A stretch of 64,000 nt of DNA from the NCBI RefSeq assembly GCF_009914755.1, contig NC_060932.1. One strand, 5' to 3'. This stretch comes from the human T2T-CHM13v2.0 reference genome, Homo sapiens. The notes under the pieces were generated by a model that saw only the letters and a list, made by a program, of their open reading frames with translations, was not told the origin of the DNA and did no database searches. Shown one piece after another: positions 27,733-43,527 of this stretch; the stretch's first letter is position 1, and every line of letters starts with the position of its first letter. The position numbers and the translations under genes are program-made.

Positions 27733-30700
27733 AATCTTTCATTGCTAGCCTTTCAAAAAACTCTAGAAACCAAGAATTGAGAAGAAGGATAACTGCAAAA
27801 AATCTCTGTAAGACTATTTTTAGAAAAAAAAGTATTGGTTTATTTTTCTAGAAAGTAGGCAAGTTTGGAAATTGAAAGAGTTGAATCCACTAATGAAGAA
27901 TGGGCTATAGCAAAGAATCTGTTTATTAGAAGTGGATTATAAGATTATTCCCAAAAGTCACTGGTAATAGAAGACAATCTCCCAAATGAATCTCAGAATG
28001 TATTTTTATCAGGAATAAGCAAGTACTTTAGGATTCTATAGATTTTAAAAAAGAGTAGCCAATCACAGATAACATTAGATTTCAGCCACCATAGTTTATA
28101 TTTATGATATAAACTAAAAATTAAAGATGGGCTGTGTTTTCTTAAAAGGAAAGACAGCCATATTATCCTAGGGAACCCAAATGATTGATAGTGTTATATA
28201 ATATTCATACTGTATGAGAGGATCTTAATTGAATTCTTAATAGCTTTTGAAATAGGGAGCTCAAACTGTACTGGCCAATATAAAAAGCAGGATTTAGCAA
28301 AAGAGACTAATTTTCATTAATTAACAACTGATCCATCAAGTACCTAAATGTGGTAATGCTTAGGGGATCTGGTTTTAAGAGAGAAGACTGATTATATCCA
28401 AATCAGCAGTCTCACTCCCTGTACAAAATCCTGTAAATAATATATATGTAGCATTGCTCAAACCTGAGAAAAATACTGTTAATGTTTCAGATCATGGAAG
28501 AAATCTGTGAGAGATTAAAAACAGAATGGATCGTTATGCCCCATTGTGGCCTGCACACTTGGGCACATTCTAGGCTAGTGTACCCTACTGCCACAGAAGG
28601 TTATTGCCGTTTCAGCATGATCAGCAATGATAGAATCCATGAGCAAAAGGAAATCCTCAGAAATAAGCGGAGTGGTCAACTGGAATAACAGAGTAAGAGA
28701 AACCAAAAAGGGAGGCCCCTGTATACTGTTCCCTAAGCTCAGCACTAAACAGTAGGGAGTGGGGTATCTGACACTAAGCAGGAATATTTATTGTGAGAGT
28801 TTTGGGAAGACAGAACAGACAATGATCTAGTTGTAGATCCCGTCCCCAATTCTCCCCCTAAAACAGTGTAAACCACAACCTACAAGTGGTTCCCAGTCCT
28901 CCCATAGCCTGACTGTGCAAGTAGAGGCAAAGATACCCAAATGAAAACTTAAATACGAAATCATTCAACATTTGAGAAGTACCAACAATATGAACTATCA
29001 CTTAAAATAAATGTGAATAATAAATGATGTGAATGGTTTGAAGTCACCTAAAATACAGACACATTTAATCTGGACTTATATCCAGCTAACTGATGAGCAC
29101 AAGAGACATATATAAAACCAAATAAAATAGAAATTTTCTGTACAACAAACCCTGATGACACAAACCTGCGTTTGTACCCCTGAACTTAAAGTTATAAAAA
29201 GAAAAATTGAAAATAATGGGATGGAGAATTCAGATAATGTATGGCAGAATAAACACATGGTTTATCCATAATCTCTCCCTAATCCTCCAGAAACCAAAAT
29301 AGACAAAAACAAAGAGAACAGAACAGTGGATAAAGAGATTAACAAATTCTTACTAAATAGAAAAAGATTTTAGAAGTAAGAGGAGTGAACACCAAGTGTC
29401 TCAAGGGAATAATCTTAATGATAAGCAAGTCAACTGATATTGCATAACCCCCAAGAGGATCAGGAATTCAAGGCATCATACATTGTGTAAGACAGGGCTG
29501 AAAGTAAGGAGATCGATATAAATTTGAATAAGGAGAATTTAAGAAGTCTGCGAACCATGAAACCTTTTTAGAACTGATTAAAAACATTACATTTTTGAAA
29601 AGAGCAATGAAGTCCAAATGAGGTAAATGCAGCTATTGCTTTGGGAGAGATTTTATTGCTTCCTTCACTACCTTAAGTAATGCCACCGGCTCAGTGGGGC
29701 CTTTGATTCACAGAGGTTTTCCTAAATGCATAGTCCTGGTGTACTGATGATTTGGCTAAACTAAAAATCCAACAGTGTCCAGTGAATTTAAATACCCTGT
29801 GAAAATTAGGGTTCAGGGGAGCAAAGCAATAAAATTATAAATCTCTGGTTACCACTAGTGTGAGTAAAAGTTCTTTATCTCTGAGTCAGAAATCTGTCTT
29901 CCACCAACATTCATGAAATTATGGCACTCTAACATGTTAGCTTGCAAGAAGGGCAAATTATCAGATCCTTCACAGTTTTTGAAAATTATTTAATATAAAG
30001 AGACATCTTATGAACAAATAATCCTAACAGGAAGGAATCACAATTCTAAATCAGTATGCACACAAAAATATAGCCTGTAAATGCATAAAGCAAAACATCA
30101 AAATTGAGGGGAAAAATTAACAAATGCAACAAATACAGAGACTTTATCATACCTATCTCAAAAGATGATAGAGAAGAAAAATACCACTACAGATATACAA
30201 GATATAAGCAACACAGTTAACAAATTGGATTTAATTTACCTAGCTAGAACACCATGTCTAATAGCACTATAATTCACATTTCCTAAGCATAGAAGAAATG
30301 TTTATCAAAAGATACCATAAGTTGGAGCAAAAATAAAGCATAAACAAAATTATTTAACTCAAAATATTTAAATTATGTCTATCATCTTGAAAGTAAGCTA
30401 GTAGTCAATAACAAAAGATGAGAAAAACTCCACATCTAGAAATTAAAAATATATTTTTAAATAAACCATGGAACACAAAAGAAGTCAAAATGGAAATTTA
30501 AAAATATTTAAAACTGAATAATGATAAAGAAAACACATCAAAATACATGGAATACAGCTAAAGTAATATTTTCAAAACGTTGTGTCCTTAAATACATACA
30601 GATAAATATAAATATATATAGACACAAACACACACGTTTTTTAAGCTGAAAAGCAATACTTCTAACTTCAGTGTTAAAATGCTACAAAAAATCAAATATA

Positions 30701-30940
30701 AGAAAATTAAAAGAAAAAATAACAAATGTAATAACATAAGTTAATTATATAGACAAATACACAGTAAAGATAATAAACAAAGCCAAAATATTTTTTGTAA
30801 AAAGATAATAAAATTAGTAAAACTTTTATCAAGACTAATCCATAAAAACAAGAAAAAAACACAAGTTATCAATGCTACAAATAAAAATCAACATTACATG
30901 TAGCTTCTTCAGACTATATTATGAACACAAATACAATTGA

Positions 30941-31310
30941 TAATTTGTATAAAATAGATAAAATTATTTACCAAAATAATAATTTACCATGATGGTAGAT
31001 GAAATAAAATATCTGAAATAATATAAATAAATTAAAATAAATAAAATATCTGAATAATACATCCTATACATATTAAAGAAATGGAATTTCTTACCGAAAT
31101 CTTTATCAATAATTAAAAAGAAATTCAGGCCTGACTGTGCCAGTTAATTTTTATAAAATAGATAAAATTATCACCAAAATAATGATTTGCCATGATGGTA
31201 GATGAAATAAAATATCTGAATAATACATCCTACACATATTGAAGAAATTAAATTTCTTACTAAAATCTTTGTCAATCATTAAAAAGAAAGTCAGGCCTGG
31301 CTTTGCCAGT
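30941..31310 (+). repeat. Tandem duplication (about 166-bp unit) within old L1
   Basis: taattt.tataaaatagataaaattat...aggcctg.ct.tgccagt occurs at 30941-31144 and 31145-31310. The first copy has an extra internal repeat of aaataaaatatctgaa. Confidence 0.9.
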
Positions 31311-33072
31311 TGATTTATTTCAGGAACTTAAGGAAAAAATAGCACAAATCTTAAACTCCTCTAGTGAATAGTAAAATAGGAGCACTTTATGACTGTCTTT
31401 ATGAGAATAACAAAACTTGGTTCCAAGACCTACCAGGACATTATAAAAAAGGAAAAGTACAGACCATTCGTAACTAACACAGATGTGAAAACTTTTAACG
31501 AGAAAAGAACTTATAAGAAAATATACTCTAGTGATATACAGAAAGTCCAATATATTGCAGTTAGTTAATGTTTATTCCAGGAATGCAAGTATGATTCAAT
31601 ATTCAAAAATAATGTAATTTACTATATTAAAGCGGGAGAGAAATTGCATGCGATCATTTCAAGTGCATAAAAAGCACCATGTAAAATTTAACATCCACTC
31701 ATGAAATGTCTTCACAAGGAAGGAATGAAAGAGAGCATTTTTAATGTAATAAAGATCTCTAAAAACCTACAGCAAGTGTCACACTCGATAGTGATATACT
31801 GAAATCCTTCCCTCGAACTAGGAATAAGACAAGTATGCTTACTCCCACAATTTCTCTTTAACATTGTGTTGGACACCCTAGCCACTGAAATAAGAGACAA
31901 ATAGAAGGCATAAAGTGTTTAAAGGAAGAAATAAAATGTCATTATTCACAGAAGTCATGTTTTCTTTACCTGGAAAATCCAAAAGAATTTACAAACTATT
32001 AAAATTAATAGGTATAATTAGCAAGGACACCGAATACAAAATCAATTTTCAAATATTAATTGTATTTCTTTATCAGCAAGAAACAAAAAAAAATTAAAAC
32101 TTACCATTTGCAATACTTCTCAGAAACATAAAATACCTTGGGAAAATTCTAAAAAAAAGCATGCAAACTTTTATATTGAAAACTATAGAATGTTATTCAT
32201 AGAAATTTAAAGGATCTAAGTAAGTGAATGGATGTATCATCTTTATAGATTGTAATACTAATATTATTAAAATGCCAATTCTCCCTATAGATTTAAGGAA
32301 ACTCTGGTCAATATTTTAGCAATACTTTTTATGAACAGCTGGCTTTAAAATTTATATGGAAATGCAAAAACCAACAATGGCTAAAGCATTTTTAAGAGTA
32401 GAATAAAGGTAGTGGACTGACATTACCCAATACTAAGATCTATTCTGAAGGTATACTAATTAAGACAATGTGGAATAGCTTAAAGATAGACAAAGGGACC
32501 CCTGGAACAGAAGACAGTCTAGAAACAGACCGCCATATATTCAGTCACTTTTTTTTAAATGACAAACACGATGCAACAGTGTAATTGAGGAAAATATGGT
32601 CTTTCTCATAAATGTTGCAGATGGTTGGCTATTCATATGAGAAAAAAGTTAATTTTGATCCCTACCTCACCACATATAAAATATCATTTCCAATAATTTG
32701 TTAGATTATTCTTAACATAATAAAAAATTCTTAAAAATCTATAGCAAGTATCATAATCAATGTTGAAATATTCCAAATGGTCTGAGACATAAACTTAAAA
32801 GGTAAAACAATAATGTTTTACAAGAAAATATAGCAGAAAATATGATCTTGAAATAGATTTAAAAAATTTAAAACAGAAATCAAAAAGCAATATTGATGAA
32901 ATAAAAAAAGTTTAGTTGAACTATATTAAAATTAAGCAATTTTCATCAAAAGACATTATTAAGACAGTAAAAAAAAAGCAACCACAGAACCTAGACACAA
33001 TACATATACCCAAAGAAGAACTCAGAAAAAGTAAATATAAAGAAATTCTTAATTACTAAGAAAAGATTGACT

Positions 33073-33362
33073 ATTTATATTTATGTATTTATTTTTTTGA
33101 GACAATCTCACTCTGTCACCCAGGTCGTAGTATAGTGGTGTAAGCTCGGCCCACGGCAACCTCTGCCTCCCGGGTTCAAACGATTTTCTCATGCCTCAGC
33201 CTTCCGAGTAGCCAAGATTACAGGCAGAGGTCACCTCGCCCAGCTAATTTTTTTTGCATTTTTAGTAGAGACAGGGTTTTGCCATGTTGGCCAGGCTGGT
33301 CTCAAACTCCTGGCTTCAAGTGATCTGCCCACCTCAGCCTCCCAAAGTGCTGGGATAACAGG
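33073..33362 (-). mobile_element. AluS/J-type Alu, 5'-truncated by about 20 nt
   Basis: ttttgagacaatctcactctgtcacccagg...ttggccaggctggtctcaaactcctggcttcaagtgatctgcccacctcagcctcccaaagtgctggga. Confidence 0.92.
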
Positions 33363-34118
33363 GACAAATTAATTTTTTAAAGGCAAAAGATTTGAATAGG
33401 TATTTCACACAAGAGACTATGAACATGGCAATAAGATACAAAAAGAGGCTCAACTTTATTAGACATCAAGTAAATGCAAATTAAAACTGCAATGAGATAC
33501 TTGCTGCACAAACACCAGATGGCAAATGCCAATTGTCATCCAGGCTGTGAAGTAAATAGAATCCTCCTCCATTGCTGGAAAGAGTGTAAATTGGTAGAAG
33601 CAATCCGGAAAAGTGTGGCAATGTTTACTAAAGCTGAACATGTGCATTTTCTATGACTCAGCAATTACAGCCCTGGCTACATACACCAGATCAATGTACA
33701 TAAATGTTCACCAAAACTCACTGAGTAGAATATTCAACATAGCACAATTCACAATATACTAAAAATATACTACCCAAATAACCATCAGTGGTACAGTTGA
33801 TAAATAAATCCTCATATATTAATAAAATGACATATAATAAAGTAAGGATATGATTGAAATCTCTACAACTATATGAAACACTATGGATGAAACTCATATA
33901 TCCTGAGTAAAAGAAGCCAGGTGTATAAAAGTATATTCAGCATGCTTTCATTTATGTAAATTACAATAAGAGACACAACTAATCTATGCTGTAAAGATTG
34001 AGGACAGTGTTTTTTCATCAGGGAAGGGATATTAGAAGGAAGCACAGAGTAGATTCTGAAGTGCTAATAATAGTGTCTTAATCTGGGTGCTGGTTATATG
34101 GGCAATTTTTGTTTGTGA

Positions 34119-36063
<1,945 letters not shown>

Positions 36064-36487
36064 GAAAATTCATCCAGTCATATGCTTATGGCACGAGCAT
36101 TTTTCTTCATGTCTATTTTACTTCAATAAATGTTTTCATTAATAGTTTTTCAGCTTAACAGTAATATAAACAAAAATAACAAGACCATTAATTTCCTGGA
36201 AAAAAATGTCTATGAGGAAATATATTAGCTCCTTTTGGAAAAAAGCAATCTCTAAAACTTTACTTAGTAACTTCAAAGAAAATCAGAATAAATGGAGAGC
36301 TGTCCTATGTTAATGTTCGAGAATACTGAATACTGTAAAAGTATCTATTTCCCTTGATTTGTCTGTAACTTCAATCTATTCCAACCTAATGTACAAAAAA
36401 ATGTTTCTTATGGCCATCAACAAGTTGGATTTTAATTTTTATGGAATTAGAATAGCTGAGACAATTTTAACAAAGAAGAACAAAAAC

Positions 36488-36656
36488 GATTTTCTACTCT
36501 CTAAAGTAGCGGAACAAAAATTTACTAAATTTTTCAGGACACAGGATTTTCTACTCTCTAAAGTAGTGGAACAAAAATTTACTAAATTTTTCAGGACACA
36601 GGATTTTCTACTCTCTAAAGTAGTGGAACAAAAATTTACTAAATTTTTCAGGACAC
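36488..36656 (+). repeat. 57-bp minisatellite, about 3 near-identical copies
   Basis: gattttctactctctaaagtagYggaacaaaaatttactaaatttttcaggacacag starts at 36488, 36545 and 36602. Confidence 0.97.
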
Positions 36657-37254
36657 TAAATTCTCACGCATACATAAGAACTTAGTGTGTATTTTGAATC
36701 AGGCAAGAAAGGATGCACATTCCATTAAGTGTTGTTGTAAAAAAAATTTTAATGAAGATAGATTATTTCCCATATCACCCATAATATAAATTCTAAGGGA
36801 ATTAATGTATCAAATATAAGAATGTAAAAAAACTATACAAATATTAAAGAAAAATATGAATATATGTTTATAATCATATGTTAAAAAAATTTAAACCATA
36901 AGGGAATAAAACAAATTAAAAACATAAATGGTAGTCTGGGTAATAGTATGCATTGCTTACATAATATACAAAGAATTGTTATTCAGAATGCATAGGAAGC
37001 GTCTACAAATCAGCAAGAGAAAAGCATATGCACAGGCAATTCATAGAAAATAAAAAGCAAAAGACCATGAACAACATGAAAAGAATACAAGCTTCAATGA
37101 TAAACAGCGAACTTTAAATTAAAATAAAAATCTGATATAATTCTTTCATCTTTTAGATTAGCAAAAATGACAAGTTGATTATATCAAACATTGGTGAGGT
37201 GGTCAGCAAACAGTCTCTGCTATTACAGCTATAAAAGTACATTGAAAATTGCTA

Positions 37255-37427
37255 AGAGTGGTGGAAGGGGAATGAGGGATTAAAAATTACCTATCAGGTA
37301 CAATGTTTGCTATGCGTGGAATGGGTACACTAAAAACCCAGACTTCACCAGTACTCAATAGATGCATGTAAGAAACCTGCACTTATATCTCCTAAATATA
37401 TTAAAATGAATAAATAATAAAATAAAT
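37255..37427 (+). mobile_element. Short L1MA/L1PB-type 3' end
   Basis: gagggattaaaaattacctatcaggtacaatg...cccagacttcacca...aacctgcactt with an A-rich tail; TSD aaattgcta at 37246-37254 and 37428-37436. Confidence 0.85.
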
Positions 37428-38039
37428 AAATTGCTATAAGTATAAATTGGCAGATATTAAAAAATACATGGTGTTATCTAATAATGCCATTTCTCAGTAT
37501 AAGTTTTGCCTTAAGGAAATATGTTCATATGTACTTATGTAAAAATGTTCATCATGGCATTGCTTATACTAAAAGCAGGGAGAGAGAGAGAGCGAGGGAG
37601 AGGAGAGAGAAAAACCCTTAGTGCCCATTAATGGAGTAGTAGATAAATGCATTTTTGTTAGATATAACTAAATATACCATAGACTGCATATTATATAAAA
37701 TTACCAGTAGTTGTTAAGGTAGATCCACGGGTACTAATTTTCTTTGGATAGCTCTCCATGTGCATACACTGTAGGGGTAAATCTGTATGTACCAACATGG
37801 ATTAGGTCTCCAAGATAAAGTGTAAAAAGCATTGAAGAAAATGTTCCGTCATTTAAGGTAAAAATGCATATAAAAATAAGAATTAAAATATACAGTAAAA
37901 TATTTCTCTTTGTATGCAAATATTTTATGTAAATGAACAGAAAAAATGGCTGGATGAATGACCACACAAAAATTGAGACAGTAATACTTCAGGGAGTTAA
38001 GAGGGAATCAGCATTTGGAAGGAGTCATCAAAGGAGTGA

Positions 38040-38570
38040 ATAGTGGACATCTATTATTGTTACTCCCCTGCATCTATTACACCTTTTAAAAGTACATGAA
38101 TTTGCTTTTGGAGAAACTTCTCCATCTGTCAACCAATATGCTTGGGTGGAACTGAACACCCCGATCCAAGATTGAAACATGTAAACAAGACCAAAAGCAA
38201 TCAGTGTTTTCTAGTTTCATGGAAACAGTGATTGGCTCAAGACCATAAATCAAAACAAATGAAACTCAATTCCGGAAACTTAAAAAGCTATTGTAAAATA
38301 TCAAAGTGAAAGGAGGAAAGCTAAAGCCATTGCAGTGACCTTACAACCTTAAAAAGAGAGCCTGAGGGGGAAAAACAAACAAACAAAAAACAACATTGTG
38401 GAAGTTCCAAGGTGTACGCAAAGAGGGTATTAGGTTCTGGCCACCGCTGCCACCATTGGGTATAGATCCATAAATCCCCACAACTGCCTAAGATTTTTTT
38501 CAATTGAGGTCCCTTAGGCTTACTTTTTTTGTTATAATTTTCACTAGAAAAATATATTTGTGTACTTATG
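38040..38570 (+). mobile_element. MLT1K-like MaLR LTR
   Basis: tagtggacatctattattg...gcttgggtggaactga...acagtgattggctcaag matches the recalled MLT1K start. The end is approximate. Confidence 0.5.
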
Positions 38571-38609
38571 AAAAACAAATAAAGGGAAACTCATGATTAG
38601 AATAAAGGA

Positions 38610-38835
38610 TTTCTTTTTAAAATAATTTTTAAATTGACAAGAATAATATATATTTATGGTATACAACATGATGTTTTGAAATATATATACATTGTGGAAT
38701 GGCTCAACAGAGCGAATTAACTTATGCATTACCTCACATTCTTATTGTTTGTGGTGAGAACACTAAAAATCTACACTTAGCGACTTTGAAGCATACAATC
38801 CATTGCTATAACTATACTTGCCATGCTGTATACTC
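38610..38835 (-). mobile_element. L1MA8/9-type 3' end
   Basis: tatttatggtatacaacatgatgttttgaaatatatatacattgtggaatggct...tgtggtgagaacactaaaaatctac. Confidence 0.8.
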
Positions 38836-39913
38836 GGCATGCTATAGGATTTCTGAGGTCCACTCATTCTTCTGAGTGTAAGGTTTGTATTACAGTTGAG
38901 GTTTTATTAAAGTAATAGGGTGTGAATCATAAGAAAATACTTTAAAAAATATTACACTTTATCCTAGAAGATACAACACAAGGATGTAATCACTTCTAAT
39001 CCTTGTTAGGATTATCTGTATATAAATCATAAACACATATAATTCGAAGGTAAAAATTGTAGGTGGAGACAAACAAAATCTTTAGTCTGACTAAACAACA
39101 GAAACGTTGCCATCAATTTCCAAACTCCTTCTCCCCTAATTATTGTTAACAGAAAATGTGGGTGCTTCATTTAAAATGCCACTCTCTAAAATGATGTGAG
39201 CAGTGTGAAATTTATAGGTAAGAGACAAACACACTTCTTGTAACTGCTGTGCTTATCTGAAAAGAGAACTGCATCTTTGAATAGAGACTTTAAAATAAAC
39301 CCTCTTTTGTCTTCTTCCTTTTTCCCCTTGTACTTCACTTTCTGGTCTCTTTTCTAAACCTCTTGGAGGAGTTCAAGCACAGCAATCCATTCACTTCCTC
39401 TCTTTGTGCCTCTGCTCTCCTTCCAGCCAGCTATGTTCCTTCCCTAGCACATTTCGAGGACGGTGCCTCACCATGATAGCCCATATTCATCACTCCAGCT
39501 CAGCTGCGGAGGGGTGGGCTCCACTGTTACCTCACGTGTGCTAATGGCCAGTAGGCAATTGCTGGTGGTGATGACTTTCAGTTTCTAGATACCAATCTGA
39601 CTTAACGAGTTACTTCCAAATATGTAGTATATATCCTCTTTGTGTATTATTTCCATGGCTACTCAGTCCCTCAATTATTTTCTAAAATGATGCTACTGCT
39701 TACAATGCCAGATTTGTATAATCTAAACAAACAGGTGGTCTGTCTGGCGCATGCTGGCAAGCCAGATTGTTAATTGTAAATTAAGCTCAAAGAAATTCCT
39801 GGTTTGGGGCATAGCATCAATTCACTTAGCAAAGGAGTAAATTTGTAATCTAAAGCCTTCTTGAAAAACTGTGTCATTAGTAACTTGAATTGTATGTTTA
39901 AAAAGACAAAACA

Positions 39914-40206
39914 GGCCAGGCACCATGGCTTACGTCTACAATCCCAACACTTCGGGAGTCCAACGCAGGGGGATTGCTTGAGGGCAAGAATTATCAGCCT
40001 GGGTAACATATCAAGATCCCATCTCTATAAGACAATGTTTTTTTTAATTAGCCAAGTGTGGTGATGTGCACCTGAAATTCCAGGTTCTCAGGTTGCTAAA
40101 GCGAGAGGACTGCTTGAGCCTAGAACTTCGAGGCTGGCAGTGAGCTATAATCATGCCACTGCACTGCAGCCTGGGCAACAGAGCAAGGCTGTGTTTAAAA
40201 AAAAAA
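39914..40206 (+). mobile_element. AluJ
   Basis: ggccaggcaccatggct...ggattgcttgag...gaggactgcttgagcc...gcagtgagctataatcatgccactgcac followed by poly-A; TSD aaaagacaaaaca/aaaaggcaaaaca. Confidence 0.92.
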
Positions 40207-40696
40207 AAAAGGCAAAACAAGTTAAAATGATATGTGCTAGTGCATATGTTTTTTTCTTGGACTTCAGAGACATAATGCAGACCTGACACATACAGCACCC
40301 CTCCATCAGTCAATGCAAGGCTCCTTTGTGGTTTCATTTCATTTTATTATTTTTCTAAACTTGTTTTCTATTATATCTATTTTTATTATCCAACTCTAAT
40401 TGCTTTAATGTATTACTTTCAAATGCATGCCTCCTTCAAATAGTAAGTTCTATTTTATATGTATTTTCTTATTTTAAAATGACATAGTGCTTTGATCTTG
40501 TACTGATGTTTACTCTTCATTCTTAGCCATGTTGTTATATGATTCCTACCTTTTTGCAGCATAGAATTCCACTGAATACTATCGCTACATTTTGCTTATC
40601 CATTCCCTCAGTAATAAATCTAATGAAGCCTTCTTTGCTATTGCAAATCATGTGCAACGAACATTCTCATATATATCTATTTGTAACACTGTATAT

Positions 40697-40825
40697 GTTA
40701 TTTAATTCCACAAAAATGTACTAAGTACCAAATAAGCATTGTGAACTGTTCTAGGTATATAGGATACATCAGTGAGCAAAAGAAACAAAAAGCCCTGGCC
40801 TCAAATGAGTTTATATTCCAGAGGA
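40697..40825 (-). mobile_element. L2a 3' end
   Basis: actgttctaggtatataggatacatcagtgagcaaaagaaacaaaaagccctggcctc...gtttatattccag. Confidence 0.7.
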
Positions 40826-43380
40826 TTTTCTCTACAGAATATATCTGTGAATAGGGCCCCTGGATTTCATGACAGAAACATTCCTAATTTCGCTAAACAT
40901 TGTCAGAATCTGAATAGCTGCACCAAGTTAAACAGTCATCAGTAATATGTGAGGATCCTTGTTCTCCTGCCCCATACTTTGTTGACTCAGGAAATTATAA
41001 AACTCCCTAATATCTGGCAACCCAATAGAAATAAAATGACGTAATTTCTTCAATCACTAGAAAGTTTAGGGTTTCAACACATCTCTAAGTTATGTGGTTC
41101 TACACTGTGTAAACTGCCTATTCATAATTGTTTCCAATTTTTCTGCTCTTCTTTTTATTTTAAAGCATTTAAAAATATTTTTAGCAGAAAAGAAGTATTG
41201 GAAATATAAAAAGCTAGAAAAGTACAAAAGAATAAACCCAAACTAAGAAGGTAGGGTATAGATAATGATCAATAATTGCCATTTATTTCTTAATGAAATA
41301 GAAAAAAAATGAGCTCAGTAAAGCTCTAAAGATACAATATTTTTTAAAAATTGGTTTATTAGAGAAAAAAACCATAAAATAGGCAAAACTTTGGCAAGGT
41401 GTAACAAAAAGATGGAAGATGTATATACAGTACAAAAGCAGATAAACAATTCATATGAATGTTCCTATTAAGGACAAAATTAAAATGATGATTTAAAACA
41501 AAAACAAATAAATCAGTCCCACATGGCTTAAGAGGTACATTCTAGGAAATTTTTGGTGATAAGATATACAAGTTACATAAAATATTTAAAAACAAGAAAG
41601 TTGGTCATATCATGTAATAAGGCTTAAAATTATTTATTTCAAAACAAAACAAGGACATACAGGCTACCAAAAAGCTAGTTAATTCCACTGTTTGCCAGTG
41701 TAAAGGATTAGCCATTATGGGAACTACATTTCCTATAAAACTACAAAACCAGCCGATGTTTTTGACAGAGCAAGACTCTGATCCTCAAGGAAAGGGAAAA
41801 GTAACGTAGCAAGCTTATTTCCAGACTTACTTCCCAAACCGGTTTCCAGTCTGCAGCATAAAGAACAGGAACCCAAATAAAGCCTACCAATCTCAATCTC
41901 TGCCTGAATGGACACTGGATTTCAGGTAGGACAAGGAGCTGTGGGACGGGGTAATGGAAAGGAAGAATATGAACAGAGAAATTGTGCTGCAGATCTGCAG
42001 CCTGTCTCTATAAGACTTTGGCTAAGTAATGTTCTGTGTATACAAAATGTCTATGATAGCACCATCAGACAGCAATTTCCTAGGCCTTATATAAGAATAG
42101 TAATAGTTTGTGCCACTACCAGCCATAGTAGAGAAACCTCATAAGTATGAGGCATTAGATAGAATTCTTAGAATGGTCTCATCTCAATATTAGGACTGAT
42201 TCTTCTAGGAAAAAAGACTGAAAAGCATTACCAGAACATAAAAGAAAACCCTGAATGAATCAACAGATCTCAGGTGACATAACTGCTTGCCAGAACGAAG
42301 CCCCACATTCTTTAAAGGAATACAAAAATGTCCAACATGAACGACATAATCTAGAACACAATAAAACATTCCCATGTATGCAAGGAGGCAGGATAATATG
42401 ATCTATAACTGGAATAAAAATAAATCAATAAAAACAAAGTCATAAATAAATGATAAAAGTAACAGAAAAGAATATTGACATAATTATTAGAAATATGTTC
42501 CACATGACAAGAATATAAAGGAAATTACAAACATGATGAGAAAAGATAATATAAAAAAACAGACAAAAATAGAATTCCTAAAGAAAAAAATCCAAAATTA
42601 GACACTGGAGCATATTGGACACTACAAAAGGAAAAACAAGTGAATTAGAAGGCAAAGAAATAAAATCTATAAAAATTAAGCACAAAGTAAAACGAAAATC
42701 ATCAGTTACCTGTGGGAAATATTAAGCAGTCAAATACGGTATAAGTAGAGACCAAAAATGAAAAGTAGGAGTAACGAGAAAAAAATTCAAGAAATAGTGG
42801 CTGAAAATTTTCCGTATTTGACGAAAACTATAAGCTCACAGTTCTAAGAAGCTCAACAAATAAAAGCAGAATAAATATAATCATACCAAAGCACCTCCAA
42901 TTGTTCTACTGTGAAAAACTTTAAAGTAGCCAGAATAAAAGGATGCCTGATACACAGAGAAATAAAGTTAAGAATGGCAGTTGACTTCTCATCAGAAATG
43001 ATGCAAAGTAAACAAAATGCAACATTAGAGTACTGTGAACAAAACATTGTCAACCTAGAATTCTGTGTCTAAATAAATGGCCTTTCCAAAATGAAAGCAA
43101 ACTACCTTCCTGCTTCTAGTCTGGAGGTGAGCTGGGAGTGGAGGTCTGGGTCCTAGGCTCAGTACATGACATAGGGAAAGCTGCCAGTAGCTGTTGCCAT
43201 GTTCCCTCCCTGCGCTCAATGCAAGTGGACACGGTGCCAGGGTATTAGATGTTGCATGGCAAGATGAGGCCCAATTCCCAGAGACCCTATGCATCATGAG
43301 GCCCTGCAGGGTCTGCTGTAGACTGAGGGGCTCACATCTGCCATGAAGGCCAAAGTTTAGAAATGAAAACCATCTCATGT

Positions 43381-43527
43381 GTGAGGGGCTATGTTGAAGG
43401 AGGGAAAGGAGTGAACAAAGGGGTAAACTCAAGAAAGGAAAAAAAAAAAAGAAAGTGAGGGGCTATGTTGAAGGAGGGAAAGGAGTGAACAAAGGGGTAA
43501 ACTCAAGAAAGGAAAAAAAAAAAGAAA
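43381..43527 (+). repeat. 74-bp tandem duplication
   Basis: gtgaggggctatgttgaaggagggaaaggagtgaacaaaggggtaaactcaagaaagg(A)ngaaa at 43381 and 43455; identical except A12 versus A11. Confidence 0.97.

Noticed and set aside
36488-36656. CRISPR-like array (palindromic repeats)
   Set aside because: The units are contiguous with no unique spacers, there are no cas genes, and the context is primate.
43055-43432. 125-aa minus-strand ORF
   Set aside because: It spans the L1/pseudogene junction and the tandem duplication, antisense to the SMIM15 copy, with no recognisable homology.
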